From a virus, in the IMG/VR virus record IMGVR_UViG_3300014775_002125, positions 1 through 64,000 of that record: a stretch of DNA of 64,000 nt; one strand, given 5' to 3'. The notes under the pieces were generated by a model that searched no databases, was not told the origin of the DNA, and saw only the letters and a list, made by a program, of their open reading frames with translations. This document shows, in pieces, positions 9,546-18,481 of this stretch. The translations under genes were made by a program, and so were the position numbers. Numbering within the stretch: position 1 is the first letter of the stretch; every line of letters begins with the position of its first letter.

Positions 9546-11519
9546 ATGGCGAGATCAAGATTTAAAAGAGGAGGGGCGTCGTCTTCTGATTTTAGTGCAC
9601 TTTCTTCTTCTGTTGATACACTAGAGACAGACCTCAAAGGTGACATTCAGTCCTTGGGGAATTTAGGAAGTAGAGGGGCTCGTATGGCCTTTATCTTCGA
9701 CGACGGGTACAAGAACAACCTGACAGCCGCTGCTAGGATTATGGCTGAATATGGGTTTGCTGGCACTGTTGCGATTGAGAGTGAGAAGGTCGGACAAAAT
9801 TACTCAAATGATCCAGTGTTACCAGTTCTTACTGCCGCTGACATGAGGTCCCTTATTTCTGACTATGGATGGGAAATTTGTAACCACCCAAACATCAATA
9901 TCGCAAACACAGAAGAACTATTCGCATCTGAAGCGACCGCTGAGAATGAGTTTATTGTTGATCTATTGACTGGTGCTAAAGTATTAAGTGGGTCATCATA
10001 TGTTTCAGGTTCAGTGACCAACCCAGAGTTTGCTGACTACAATATTCAGGGTGCTGTTTATCGTGGTGGTGTTAGGAATGATACGGTAGATTCTGCATTT
10101 TACACAATGTATGACAAGGTAAGATCTATTAACGGTACAATTGCTTTCTCTGGAGATCACGTTTACAGTACAGACTCAGAAGGTAAGTTTGAGCAGCACT
10201 GGACTGGATTTCCTGCTGATACAAATGGTGATGATGTTGCTTTGAGTAAGCTCTTGTCTTTTGTAGAGTCTTTGGGCGCGTCTGGCAATACAGCAATTAT
10301 TTATGCCCACGATGTACCTAGTAGCTCTTCTGGTAGCCCTTCTACAGCCATTCCGACGCCACCATATATCCACGAAGCCCATCTCAGGAAACTTTGTCAG
10401 ACGGCCTTTGATAATGGTGTGCAAATTGTTCCTTGGAGATCTTTAGGTAAAGCTAATCTTTTTCACGACTCACAGTTCACAAATGCTGACTCTTTTTCTT
10501 TTAGTTCAGGCTCTGGTGATACAGCGGCTTTTAATCCGTCAAACACTCTTAACAGCAACCCGAACAGCATTGAATTAACGACAACTGCATACAGGGCTAA
10601 CGCTGGGACCACTTCATTTACTTGTCGCCAATTTCAAGTCAATCCATTCACTCGCTACAAGATTAAGGTACGTTACAAGATTGACACGGACCTAACGCTC
10701 AATGGTGGTCCTGCAAACATTAACCACGGCCTTGCAATGACGTTTACAACCTATCAGTCAAACGTTCAGGATGACACTGGTGGTATCCTAGATGACTATA
10801 ATAATGCTGCTGGGAGGGGTATTACTTACAACAGACCCTATCAGGCGACCACAGGGTTTGATGAGTGGGAACAAGAGCTTTATACAGGCTATGGGACACT
10901 AGCAAATGTTACGATTGGTCTATTTCAATGTACTGGCACGGTTTATATCGGAAGTGTTAGTATTGAAAAAGCTGAGAGTTTAATTCGTCACCCTCTTAGT
11001 TCGACCACAACATTCAACACGAGCTTAGGTAAATCAGTATACTTCATGAGCCCACCAACATCTCCAAGCCCTATCTTTAACTGGGAGTTTCGAGTGTTAT
11101 CTCCAGCAAGAACCTTCGATGCTGGCTCTGATACAACTGTAGATTTCGCCTTCAGTGACTCGTCGTTAATCTCGCCAACATCGGGTCAAACTGTTTATGT
11201 TATAGGGGAAGGTAAGAACTCTTTTGCGAATCAGGGAGGGAAGCTAGCTACTTGGAATGGCTCTTCTTATTCGTTCTCTGCTTTATCCAACAATACGTTT
11301 ATCAAGGCAAACAACGGACAAGGAATCGCCCCACAGTATTATGTTCATAGGTATGCTAACTCTGAGGGTGGTGTTTATATTCCTTTAGGTATTTCTCAAG
11401 TCTATAAGGATGATGTAATCGTTACTAAAGTCTATGATTACTTCTTTCAGGTTTGGAACGCATCAGCAACTCGTACAGACACCTTCCAGTGGGTTGCTAG
11501 GCCTGTGTGGGTACGTTAA
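9546..11519 (+). CDS. Polysaccharide deacetylase (NodB/CE4-like) domain fused to a carbohydrate-binding-like domain
   Basis: AFIFDDGY (motif 1), GWEICNH (motif 2), IIYAHD (motif 5), followed by NLFHDSQF..VNPFTRYKIKVRYK..GTVYIGSVSIEK, a CBM-like jelly roll. Confidence 0.7.
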   Translation: MARSRFKRGGASSSDFSALSSSVDTLETDLKGDIQSLGNLGSRGARMAFIFDDGYKNNLTAAARIMAEYGFAGTVAIESEKVGQNYSNDPVLPVLTAADMRSLISDYGWEICNHPNINIANTEELFASEATAENEFIVDLLTGAKVLSGSSYVSGSVTNPEFADYNIQGAVYRGGVRNDTVDSAFYTMYDKVRSINGTIAFSGDHVYSTDSEGKFEQHWTGFPADTNGDDVALSKLLSFVESLGASGNTAIIYAHDVPSSSSGSPSTAIPTPPYIHEAHLRKLCQTAFDNGVQIVPWRSLGKANLFHDSQFTNADSFSFSSGSGDTAAFNPSNTLNSNPNSIELTTTAYRANAGTTSFTCRQFQVNPFTRYKIKVRYKIDTDLTLNGGPANINHGLAMTFTTYQSNVQDDTGGILDDYNNAAGRGITYNRPYQATTGFDEWEQELYTGYGTLANVTIGLFQCTGTVYIGSVSIEKAESLIRHPLSSTTTFNTSLGKSVYFMSPPTSPSPIFNWEFRVLSPARTFDAGSDTTVDFAFSDSSLISPTSGQTVYVIGEGKNSFANQGGKLATWNGSSYSFSALSNNTFIKANNGQGIAPQYYVHRYANSEGGVYIPLGISQVYKDDVIVTKVYDYFFQVWNASATRTDTFQWVARPVWVR

Positions 11520-12043
11520 GATTGTCCCGTAGAACCAAAGCCCCCATCACCCCTCTGAGTCTCTTCTAGGTTATCTACAACCTCCCACTCGCAAGACTCT
11601 TTTTTTCTGAGAACTAATTGAGCACACTTCCATAGTTTTCCTTTTTTGGGGTCTAGGAAGTTTTGCAAGTATTCATGATATTTACCTAGTACGCCATAGT
11701 AATCATGCTTAAAACTAGATACAAAGTTTAGTTTTACAATCAGTTCTCCGGTGTACTCTGGGTCTACGATTCCTACTGAGTTGGCTAACATAAGCGGCGT
11801 CTTTGAGACAGAGCTTCTAGGCATGATCTCAAAATAATAGCCTTCTGGGGGTGTCACTGAGATACCTGTGTAGAGTTTTACCTGTACATGCTCAGACCCT
11901 ACCCCATAGTCCTCCACTTTAAGCTCATAATCAACCGCATAAAGATCATAGCCTACATCTGAGTCGTGTGCCTTTTCAGGTAGGATTGCTTCTTCTCTTA
12001 GTTTTTTAATCTTGGCTTTCATAATTTCCTCCTTTGTATTCAT
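11516..12043 (-). CDS. dut: Trimeric dUTP diphosphatase
   Basis: GYDL, TGI, PRSS, GIVDPEYTGEL, AQLV and RGDGGFGSTG match dUTPase motifs I-V. Confidence 0.95.
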   Translation of the reverse strand: MNTKEEIMKAKIKKLREEAILPEKAHDSDVGYDLYAVDYELKVEDYGVGSEHVQVKLYTGISVTPPEGYYFEIMPRSSVSKTPLMLANSVGIVDPEYTGELIVKLNFVSSFKHDYYGVLGKYHEYLQNFLDPKKGKLWKCAQLVLRKKESCEWEVVDNLEETQRGDGGFGSTGQS

Positions 12044-12191
12044 GAATAATCCTCAACCAACCGTCCTCTCTACTATACTCTGAGAGATCTAGTTTGTCAA
12101 TGTTTTCCTCTGAGCCCTCTACAACAAATGAGGTAATCTCTCTGAGTAGTGGATTCCATAGTATCAATAATGTTTGTCTCTCTTGTTTCAT
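12006..12191 (-). CDS. Small hypothetical protein upstream of dut
   Basis: ATG at 12191 (MKQERQTLL...) after AGGCG; same strand as and overlapping the dut start. Confidence 0.45.
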   Translation of the reverse strand: MKQERQTLLILWNPLLREITSFVVEGSEENIDKLDLSEYSREDGWLRIIHEYKGGNYESQD

Positions 12192-12620
12192 TTTTCGCCT
12201 ACTAATAGTAACTAAAAGCACATACTAACTGTAAAACCATTTAGCAACTATTAGTTAAGCCGTAACCCTAAGTGGAGGCTTCTTAATAGCTTCTAATCAG
12301 TATCTTAAAGCTTCTAGTAGTTCCTTTAAGTCGATTATACTGAGACTTTAGCACAAAAACTCAGATAATTTCCAAGTAAATTCAAACTATTTTATATCTA
12401 CTTGTTTTATATAGGGAAATATTTTTACAAAAAAAGTTCAATAAATGTTAGTCTCTCAGTAGAAATTGAATTATGCATTATTATTTCTTTAGAAAACCTT
12501 AAAGACTAAAAGTTTTTTTTACTTAAAGTTTAGGAAAGTTTAAAGATACAAAAACAAAAACAAGATCTCAGATGAAATTGAGCAGACCTGTGCTTAAAAA
12601 ACAACAAAAGCAAGGTTAGT

Positions 12621-12713
12621 TTAGAGGAGTATAAAGATAGTTACCGTAAACTCTATCACTTCCATCTTGGGATTCCAGTGATTAAGCAAAAGTAGCAATA
12701 ATCCCAGAGTCAT
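12621..12713 (-). CDS. Putative 30-aa hydrophobic peptide (MTLGLLLLLLNHWNPKMEVIEFTVTIFILL)
   Basis: Translated by hand; below the ORF-track length cutoff. It starts ~28 bp downstream of the -10 box of a consensus promoter, behind a purine-rich leader. Confidence 0.3.
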   Translation of the reverse strand: MTLGLLLLLLNHWNPKMEVIEFTVTIFILL

Positions 12714-12740
12714 GTTTTTTTCTCTTTTCTTTCTTCAGGT

Positions 12741-12769
12741 ATTATACAAAAAGCGAGATTTGATGTCAA
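12741..12769 (-). promoter_or_regulatory. Perfect sigma70 consensus promoter
   Basis: The minus strand reads TTGACA-tcaaatctcgctttttg (17 bp)-TATAAT. Confidence 0.85.
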
Positions 12770-12880
12770 GAACTATTTTATAAATGGTTGTTCTATAAGG
12801 GAATCTCAGAAACCACACAAATTACCACACCCCAGAGCATACTTACTATAGAAGTATTTTTGCCTTTATAGGAGTTTGAC

Positions 12881-13156
12881 ATGTTGTTCCCCTTAAATGA
12901 AAACGCTAAAAAACTAGAGTGTCTGGATTCAATTGCTCTGTATTTTGACTTTTATGGACTTGAATTAAAGGACTGTAGCAAGATCTATTCACGCTCAGAC
13001 CTAAAGAAGATTGCAGAACTAATGAAAAGTTTAGATATCTTTAAACGTTACCATATCATCCAGAAGTTTAGTTTGCTTTTACATGAGAGGGTTTTCAATG
13101 ATTTTCTAGGGATGATTCCAAAAGAGATTCTAGAAGATTCTATGGTCAGGTGTTGA
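12881..13156 (+). CDS. Hypothetical protein
   Basis: 91-aa ORF with AGGAG RBS; first gene of a + strand run. Confidence 0.65.
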   Translation: MLFPLNENAKKLECLDSIALYFDFYGLELKDCSKIYSRSDLKKIAELMKSLDIFKRYHIIQKFSLLLHERVFNDFLGMIPKEILEDSMVRC

Positions 13157-13157
13157 A

Positions 13158-13439
13158 ATGAATAGGGCCTCAATTATTTGTATTTTACTGATGAATTTAG
13201 CCGATGTTTTTCTTACGGTTAGGTATATTTATCTAGGAAAGCTAGTAGAAGGCAATCCAATAATGGGTCACTTTCTAGAGTATGGCGTACTTCCCTTTGT
13301 ATTCGCTAAGAGTACTTTGGTTTTTGGAGGTTGCTTTTTTCTCTGGAGGTATCGTAAAAAGTGGCTAGTCAGATATGGGATTTACCTTTGTTTGGTCACG
13401 TACTTCACAATGCTTTCGATTTTCTACCATATGATTTAA
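13158..13439 (+). CDS. Small membrane protein (DUF5658-like)
   Basis: Three hydrophobic segments; NLADVFLT..EGNPIM..F..K pattern. Confidence 0.6.
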   Translation: MNRASIICILLMNLADVFLTVRYIYLGKLVEGNPIMGHFLEYGVLPFVFAKSTLVFGGCFFLWRYRKKWLVRYGIYLCLVTYFTMLSIFYHMI

Positions 13440-13452
13440 AGGAAGTTTAGGA

Positions 13453-13800
13453 ATGTCTAAAGTTAAAAAAGTACTAAGAACGATCATTGCCGAAGAAGTA
13501 GCAAGAGAAGTACGTCAGTTGATCGAGGAAAACCAAGAAGCACAACAAGGTCAACAAGAAGTTAGTCCGGTGGGTGAACTAATTGATAACAAATTCACGG
13601 AACAAGAGGTTAAGTCTTTCGCAAGTGCTCTAACTACGGTACCTAAAATATCTCAATTCCTAATGGAACTAATTGATCACATCTCAGATGTACACAAAAT
13701 TGATGACACTTCTGTCGTCAAGGCTCTATCAATTCTATTACGGCAAGTAAGAGAAGCCGTAAAGCAAGACAAACTAAAAGGTCCTGAAGCCGCCAAATAA
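13453..13800 (+). CDS. Hypothetical protein, possible internal head protein
   Basis: N-terminal KVLRTIIAEEVAREVRQLIEE helix; AGGA RBS. Confidence 0.6.
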   Translation: MSKVKKVLRTIIAEEVAREVRQLIEENQEAQQGQQEVSPVGELIDNKFTEQEVKSFASALTTVPKISQFLMELIDHISDVHKIDDTSVVKALSILLRQVREAVKQDKLKGPEAAK

Positions 13801-13834
13801 GCAATGGACCGACGCTAACCAGAGAGCAAGTATA

Positions 13835-14230
13835 ATGATCGAAAGTTTGACCGAAGAGATCTGTAGAGATTTTTTGCAATTTTATAAGAAAAACCTAAAG
13901 ATTCAAAAGATGCCCACGTTTTCTTTTGTTTCGGATGAAGATAACGCTCAGAATCCTTTAGGGAGGACAGGCGCCTACGATCCGGTAAACATGCACATCA
14001 CTATCTTTATCACTGGTAGACATGCAAAGGACATCTTAAGGTCAGTAGGTCATGAGCTTTACCACCACCACCAGAACGAGAATGGCCTAATGGATAGCAC
14101 CGAAAGCACTCCAGAGGGCTACGCGCAAAACAACCAGCACCTAAGAGAACTCGAACTGGATGCTTATAAGTACGGCGGTGGGATTCTTTTAAGAGACTGG
14201 GAAGATGGCTATAAGGCGAGAATGAAATGA
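13835..14230 (+). CDS. Small zincin-like metallopeptidase (HEXXH)
   Basis: LRSVGHELYHHHQ with downstream ELDAY as a possible third ligand. Confidence 0.65.
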   Translation: MIESLTEEICRDFLQFYKKNLKIQKMPTFSFVSDEDNAQNPLGRTGAYDPVNMHITIFITGRHAKDILRSVGHELYHHHQNENGLMDSTESTPEGYAQNNQHLRELELDAYKYGGGILLRDWEDGYKARMK

Positions 14231-14433
14231 GTCTAAGCGGAACAAAGACGGACCTAGCAAACGACTATGTGATCGAGAACTTGGAAGATGCTAATTACAA
14301 GGACACGTTTGACAAAGCTACCAGTACACCCAACGTTCCTTTTCTGTATTCAACTGTAGGGACTGTAAATAGGCTCAGAGATCGCGTCAAGATTGTCACT
14401 AAATCAGACCCAGAAAAACTATCGGAGAACTAG
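14227..14433 (+). CDS. Hypothetical protein
   Basis: 68 aa; ATGA overlap with the upstream gene. Confidence 0.6.
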   Translation: MSLSGTKTDLANDYVIENLEDANYKDTFDKATSTPNVPFLYSTVGTVNRLRDRVKIVTKSDPEKLSEN

Positions 14434-14438
14434 ATAAA

Positions 14439-14801
14439 ATGAAACGAAGTAAATTCTTTAGATATTTTGCAAGCAAACCACAAGCAAAACCCGCAGATCC
14501 TGTCAAAGAGCCTGAAGTTGTTGTTGAGGTGGTTGAAGTTTTAGAGCCACCAGTAGTAAGTTTAGAAATTACTAAAGATCAATGCGATGAATGTGTTGAC
14601 GAGAATTGCGAGCGACCTTGTGAAGAACTTGCAGAAGAAGAAGAGGTTGTAGAGAGACTTTTGGTTCGTGATGCTGCTAAAAGTTTAAAGATTTCTAATA
14701 AAAAACTAGTAGGTGCTCTAAAGGAAGTTGGTGTAAAAGCTACTCATGCCTCTAAGATCACTGTAGAAGAACTCGAAGAAGCAAAGAAGGTCTTGAAATG
14801 A
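14439..14801 (+). CDS. Protein with C-terminal IF2_N-like domain
   Basis: LLVRDAAKSLKISNKKLVGALKEVGVKATHASKITVEELEEAKK resembles the IF-2 N-terminal repeat (RV.ELAKEL..S.KEL...L...G......S.L..E). Confidence 0.55.
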   Translation: MKRSKFFRYFASKPQAKPADPVKEPEVVVEVVEVLEPPVVSLEITKDQCDECVDENCERPCEELAEEEEVVERLLVRDAAKSLKISNKKLVGALKEVGVKATHASKITVEELEEAKKVLK

Positions 14802-15610
14802 ATCTACTAGCGGAACATAAATTAAGAAACATTATCCGTCAAATCATCATCAATGAGAACGCTGAGGGTCTTCCGTACTTTATGCAGGTCTTACAGTCGA
14901 TCTTAGTCCCAAAAGTGTCCGAGGGTGGCTCTCTGCATTCTGTTTGGACCTCTATGATGAGTGAGCCGGAAAAACTAAAAGCGTTCGAAGCACAATTATT
15001 AGCTTTATTTAAAGACTACTTCCAGACACCAATTGCTCGTGATGAACCTATGGATGATCCTGCGCCAGACGACAAGGAACAACTAGAAGAATCATACAAC
15101 CTTGATAACCTATTGGAGTTTCTTGAAGAAAAACTAAAGGTTAAAACTAAGGAAGACGAAGGTGTTAGTGATATTGATGATGAGGTTAATCCTGATTTTC
15201 TATTCACCAACCTAGATGGACCTGAAGAAGAAGAAGTTGAGTTGTCCCCTGAAGAAGAGGCTATGGAGAGACCTGTAGAAGCCTTTGAGGGTACTCCTTT
15301 TAAAAATCTCACTGCTGACCAAAAGACTGGTGTTCGGACAGCTCACAATGAATTCGAAAGTATCACCAAGGAAATCGAAAACAATGCCTACTCAGAGCTA
15401 TATGGAGAAGACAGAGTTAATTTCAACAAGTATTTCCTAGCGAACCTAGAGGCTTACTTTGAGAAATATGCCGAAGAGTTCTCACTGCAAGATAAACCTG
15501 AAGTAGGAGATCCATCGGCTGGCCTAGAAGAACCCACAGAAGACCTTGAATTGCCCGTAGAAGAGCCAGAAGCAACACTAGACACAGAAGAGGTGCCAGA
15601 AGCTCAATAA
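14798..15610 (+). CDS. Acidic hypothetical protein, possible internal head protein
   Basis: N-terminal LLAEHKLRNIIRQIIINE; very E/D-rich; ATGA overlap. Confidence 0.65.
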   Translation: MNLLAEHKLRNIIRQIIINENAEGLPYFMQVLQSILVPKVSEGGSLHSVWTSMMSEPEKLKAFEAQLLALFKDYFQTPIARDEPMDDPAPDDKEQLEESYNLDNLLEFLEEKLKVKTKEDEGVSDIDDEVNPDFLFTNLDGPEEEEVELSPEEEAMERPVEAFEGTPFKNLTADQKTGVRTAHNEFESITKEIENNAYSELYGEDRVNFNKYFLANLEAYFEKYAEEFSLQDKPEVGDPSAGLEEPTEDLELPVEEPEATLDTEEVPEAQ

Positions 15611-15632
15611 GGTGCCTTAGAGAGCGTTTAAG

Positions 15633-15911
15633 ATGCATAATAAACCTACCAAAGAAGTCCTCAGTTTTATCTATGAGACTCCACTTGAGGACCTAATAGC
15701 TCTAAAAATCAACGAATCTTACCCCCCTGAATTTCACTACTTGCTTACAGACAAATTAGACAGTCATATCAAAGACTTACTATTTTTATCACTCTTTAAA
15801 TACCTGAGAGATGCTTCACAGAGCGATCTAGACCTTCAAAATAGGCTAGGGATCTCTCAAGGTCAATTTAAAGAGGCCTTAGAGAGACTCGAAGAACCTC
15901 TCAATGATTAA
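15633..15911 (+). CDS. Hypothetical protein with possible C-terminal HTH
   Basis: SDLDLQNRLGISQGQFKEAL is an HTH-like segment. Confidence 0.5.
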   Translation: MHNKPTKEVLSFIYETPLEDLIALKINESYPPEFHYLLTDKLDSHIKDLLFLSLFKYLRDASQSDLDLQNRLGISQGQFKEALERLEEPLND

Positions 15912-17148
15912 AGGGTGTGTCCCCATGGAATTTATCGTAACTCTAACCGACACTAGTGTCATCCTCAACGACTTCGAATTTTACAAGAAGTCTAAAGATC
16001 TCCACTTCGTAATCCCACAGCTTGTTTTAGAAGAACTTGACAACAACAAAGACAAAGGGCGCGGCTCGGCTGCTTACAACGCTCGACAGTTTTTCAAGCT
16101 AGTTAAGGAAAACCTAAAGATTGTAGATGGCCGTGCGTTCATGAATCTTGGTAAGAAGACTATTCACTTCGAAACTGAGAGGGCCTTTTACGAGAACAAC
16201 GATGGTCTACTTTCAGAAAAGGCTATGTTGTACGGAAAGTTGATCACCAGAGATATTAGCATGTATTTAGCTCATAGGCTTGCTGGTGGTGACGCTGAAT
16301 TACTCTTAGAGCCAGAGGTTAAACTAGGAAACAATGTAGCAACTAAGAAAGTCAGCAAAGAGGTAATTGATAGTCTCTACAACAATCCTAAGATCGACCC
16401 ACCCTTTAAGCTAACGAAAGATTACTACATCCTCCAAAACAAAGAAAACACTTCACATTCATGCCTAGCCTATAAACACAAAGATAAGCTCAGAAGTGTT
16501 AAAAGGCTAGACGAACACAGGCTTATTGGGTTCACTCCAAGATCTTCAGAGCAACGACTAGCCTATGAAGTACTCACAAACAAAGAGATTCCAATTGTTT
16601 CTTTATACGGTGCCGCTGGTACCTCAAAGACATTTATTAGTCTTGTGGCTGGCTTGGAGATGGCTTTAGCTAGAAAGTATGACAAGGTTCTAATCGCAAG
16701 ACCATTGGCTAGTGTTGGTGAAGAGCTTGGATATCTTCCCGGAAACCTCGATGAAAAACTTGGAGTATGGCTATCATGTTATTATGACAACCTTGAAGTT
16801 ATCAAAGATCTCATTTACTTTTCACCAGATGAGCTTTACGACAAGATTGATGCGGTTTCTATTAGTCACATTCGAGGTCGTTCTCTTAATAATGTGTTTG
16901 TTATTTTGGACGAAGCTCAGAACTGCTCGCCCGAAGTAATGAAGACTATTGTCAGTCGTGTTGGAGCCAATTCAAAACTAGTAGTAACTGGAGACCCTCA
17001 GCAAATAGATGCTAGAGGCTTATCTGAGAACAATAATGGCCTTGTTCATTTGTTAAAAGCCATGAAAAAGAACAAGTTTGGCATGTACCTAAACCTCACC
17101 AAGCAAGAACGATCAGAGATTGCTGACTTCGCTGCAAAGAACCTTTAA
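15904..17148 (+). CDS. phoH: PIN-PhoH (PhoH2-type) protein
   Basis: N-terminal PIN (DTSVI..IPQLVLEELD..NNDG..ITRD) plus PhoH ATPase (GAAGTSKT, LGYLPG, IRGRSL, ILDEAQN, TGDPQQID, RS). The start could be 15925. Confidence 0.9.
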   Translation: MIKGCVPMEFIVTLTDTSVILNDFEFYKKSKDLHFVIPQLVLEELDNNKDKGRGSAAYNARQFFKLVKENLKIVDGRAFMNLGKKTIHFETERAFYENNDGLLSEKAMLYGKLITRDISMYLAHRLAGGDAELLLEPEVKLGNNVATKKVSKEVIDSLYNNPKIDPPFKLTKDYYILQNKENTSHSCLAYKHKDKLRSVKRLDEHRLIGFTPRSSEQRLAYEVLTNKEIPIVSLYGAAGTSKTFISLVAGLEMALARKYDKVLIARPLASVGEELGYLPGNLDEKLGVWLSCYYDNLEVIKDLIYFSPDELYDKIDAVSISHIRGRSLNNVFVILDEAQNCSPEVMKTIVSRVGANSKLVVTGDPQQIDARGLSENNNGLVHLLKAMKKNKFGMYLNLTKQERSEIADFAAKNL

Positions 17149-17167
17149 TTCCCTTTACAATTTTTCT

Positions 17168-17216
17168 CCACTTTTTTAACTTTTCTTGGAAATTAACTCC
17201 TAAGTTGTGTTATACT
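17168..17216 (+). promoter_or_regulatory. Extended -10 promoter, copy 1 of a 49-bp conserved element
   Basis: CCACTTTTTTAA-N4-TCTTGGAAAT-N7-TAAGTTGTGTTATACT; 40/49 identical (ungapped) to 21642..21690. Confidence 0.7.
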
Positions 17217-17258
17217 ATTCTTGATGTTAATGTATTATCCTAAAGGAGTTAGTAGCAA

Positions 17259-17558
17259 GTGAAAGAGTTTAAAGAAGAAGAGTGGAGCGATACTAGTAGG
17301 ACTATCACTGAATATGACACTACAGGTCTCGCTGGTCTGATCTTACAGTACATCGCTTCTAGGTCTGACAGTGAAGAAGGAGAGATTACTTTTGAGCAGG
17401 CCCTAGAGGTTTTCGCTGATGAGTTCCCTGAGTTTGTTATGTTGATCGCTGAGGAAAACTTTATGAGAGGGTACCATCAAGGCCTAACAGATGCCCAAGC
17501 GTGGCTAGAGGGGGGTTCTGATGAAAATGCGACACAGACTTCTGAAGAGGCACAGTGA
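17259..17558 (+). CDS. Hypothetical phage protein
   Basis: GTG start after AAGGAG; 99 aa, acidic. Confidence 0.65.
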   Translation: MKEFKEEEWSDTSRTITEYDTTGLAGLILQYIASRSDSEEGEITFEQALEVFADEFPEFVMLIAEENFMRGYHQGLTDAQAWLEGGSDENATQTSEEAQ

Positions 17559-18183
17559 TCTTCATAGTTACCTTGGAGTTCCTGTAAACGGCCCCTATGA
17601 CTGCCTTCGTGGTTTGGCTCAAGTAAAACTCCCAGAGGCTATCAAGCTAATCTTTAAAGCTAACATCAAGGGCGTTTTGTTTAAAGATAGGGACACACAT
17701 AAGAACTACGATGTTGACGCTGTGTATGATGATGGTTACATTGTTGTTCGTGAAGGTGTTATTGAGCCGGGTTTGTTACAACAGATCATTATTCACGAAG
17801 TTTGCCATCAGTTACAAGACGCTTTCCCTGAGCATTTCCTAGAGAACGGCGAGATAATCAACGAGTTTTCTTTGAAGCGTATTGAGTTGATGAGAAGGTT
17901 GACTGCTAGAGGGTATAACATTAACCGCAAAGCCTTCCTCAAGTTAACTTATGATCCACGATTTGATGATTTCTTGTCTAATGATGTAAAGAGTGAGGAT
18001 TTATCAGATTGCATTAAGGGCTTATTTCCTAGTCCTTATTCGATTGTTAGTCTTGAAGAATATGTCAGTCTACTCTTTGAAGAGTTCTTTGAGCAGGGTT
18101 CAGAGGTTGCTAGGGGTTATTCAAAGGAAGTTACGAAATCTATTGAAGAGGTATTGAGAGATTATTATGAAAATGAACTATGA
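17521..18183 (+). CDS. HEXXH metallopeptidase-like protein
   Basis: IIIHEVCHQLQ and distal SPYSIVSLEEY, a zincin-type arrangement. Confidence 0.55.
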   Translation: MKMRHRLLKRHSDLHSYLGVPVNGPYDCLRGLAQVKLPEAIKLIFKANIKGVLFKDRDTHKNYDVDAVYDDGYIVVREGVIEPGLLQQIIIHEVCHQLQDAFPEHFLENGEIINEFSLKRIELMRRLTARGYNINRKAFLKLTYDPRFDDFLSNDVKSEDLSDCIKGLFPSPYSIVSLEEYVSLLFEEFFEQGSEVARGYSKEVTKSIEEVLRDYYENEL

Positions 18184-18481
18184 TGTAAATGTAGACCTCA
18201 AAGGGTCCAAAGCAGTTGTCAATTTATCTGTGGAACGAGTTCAGGCAGATAGCGACAAAAGAGGCTCTTGGTATTGGATGGACGCCTTGGAAGCTCTTGA
18301 AGCAGAACTGACAAAGGGTGTTGAGGTTGTTGAGTGTACTAATAAAGGCGCTTACGTCACTAATTTTGGGGCTGAGAGTAAGTTATCAGCTACTTGGGAG
18401 TTCACTTTGAGTGTTCCTCAACCTAAAAAGAAGACTAAAAAGGCCTCAAATGTCAAGAGTAGCGTGGAAGAGACTCCTTGA
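18167..18481 (+). CDS. Hypothetical protein
   Basis: 104-aa ORF in an operon with overlapping neighbours; basic C-terminal tail. Confidence 0.6.
   Translation: MKMNYDVNVDLKGSKAVVNLSVERVQADSDKRGSWYWMDALEALEAELTKGVEVVECTNKGAYVTNFGAESKLSATWEFTLSVPQPKKKTKKASNVKSSVEETP

Noticed and set aside
897-11519. Diversity-generating retroelement acting on the fibre genes
   Set aside because: No reverse transcriptase in the window and no near-identical TR/VR pair noticed by eye.
12572-12619. Plus-strand ATG ORF adjacent to the 30-aa peptide
   Set aside because: It stops after 15 codons and has no RBS.
12222-12880. Possible CRISPR array, tRNA or iteron array in the large intergenic gap
   Set aside because: No regularly spaced direct repeats and no cloverleaf or T-loop consensus were seen.
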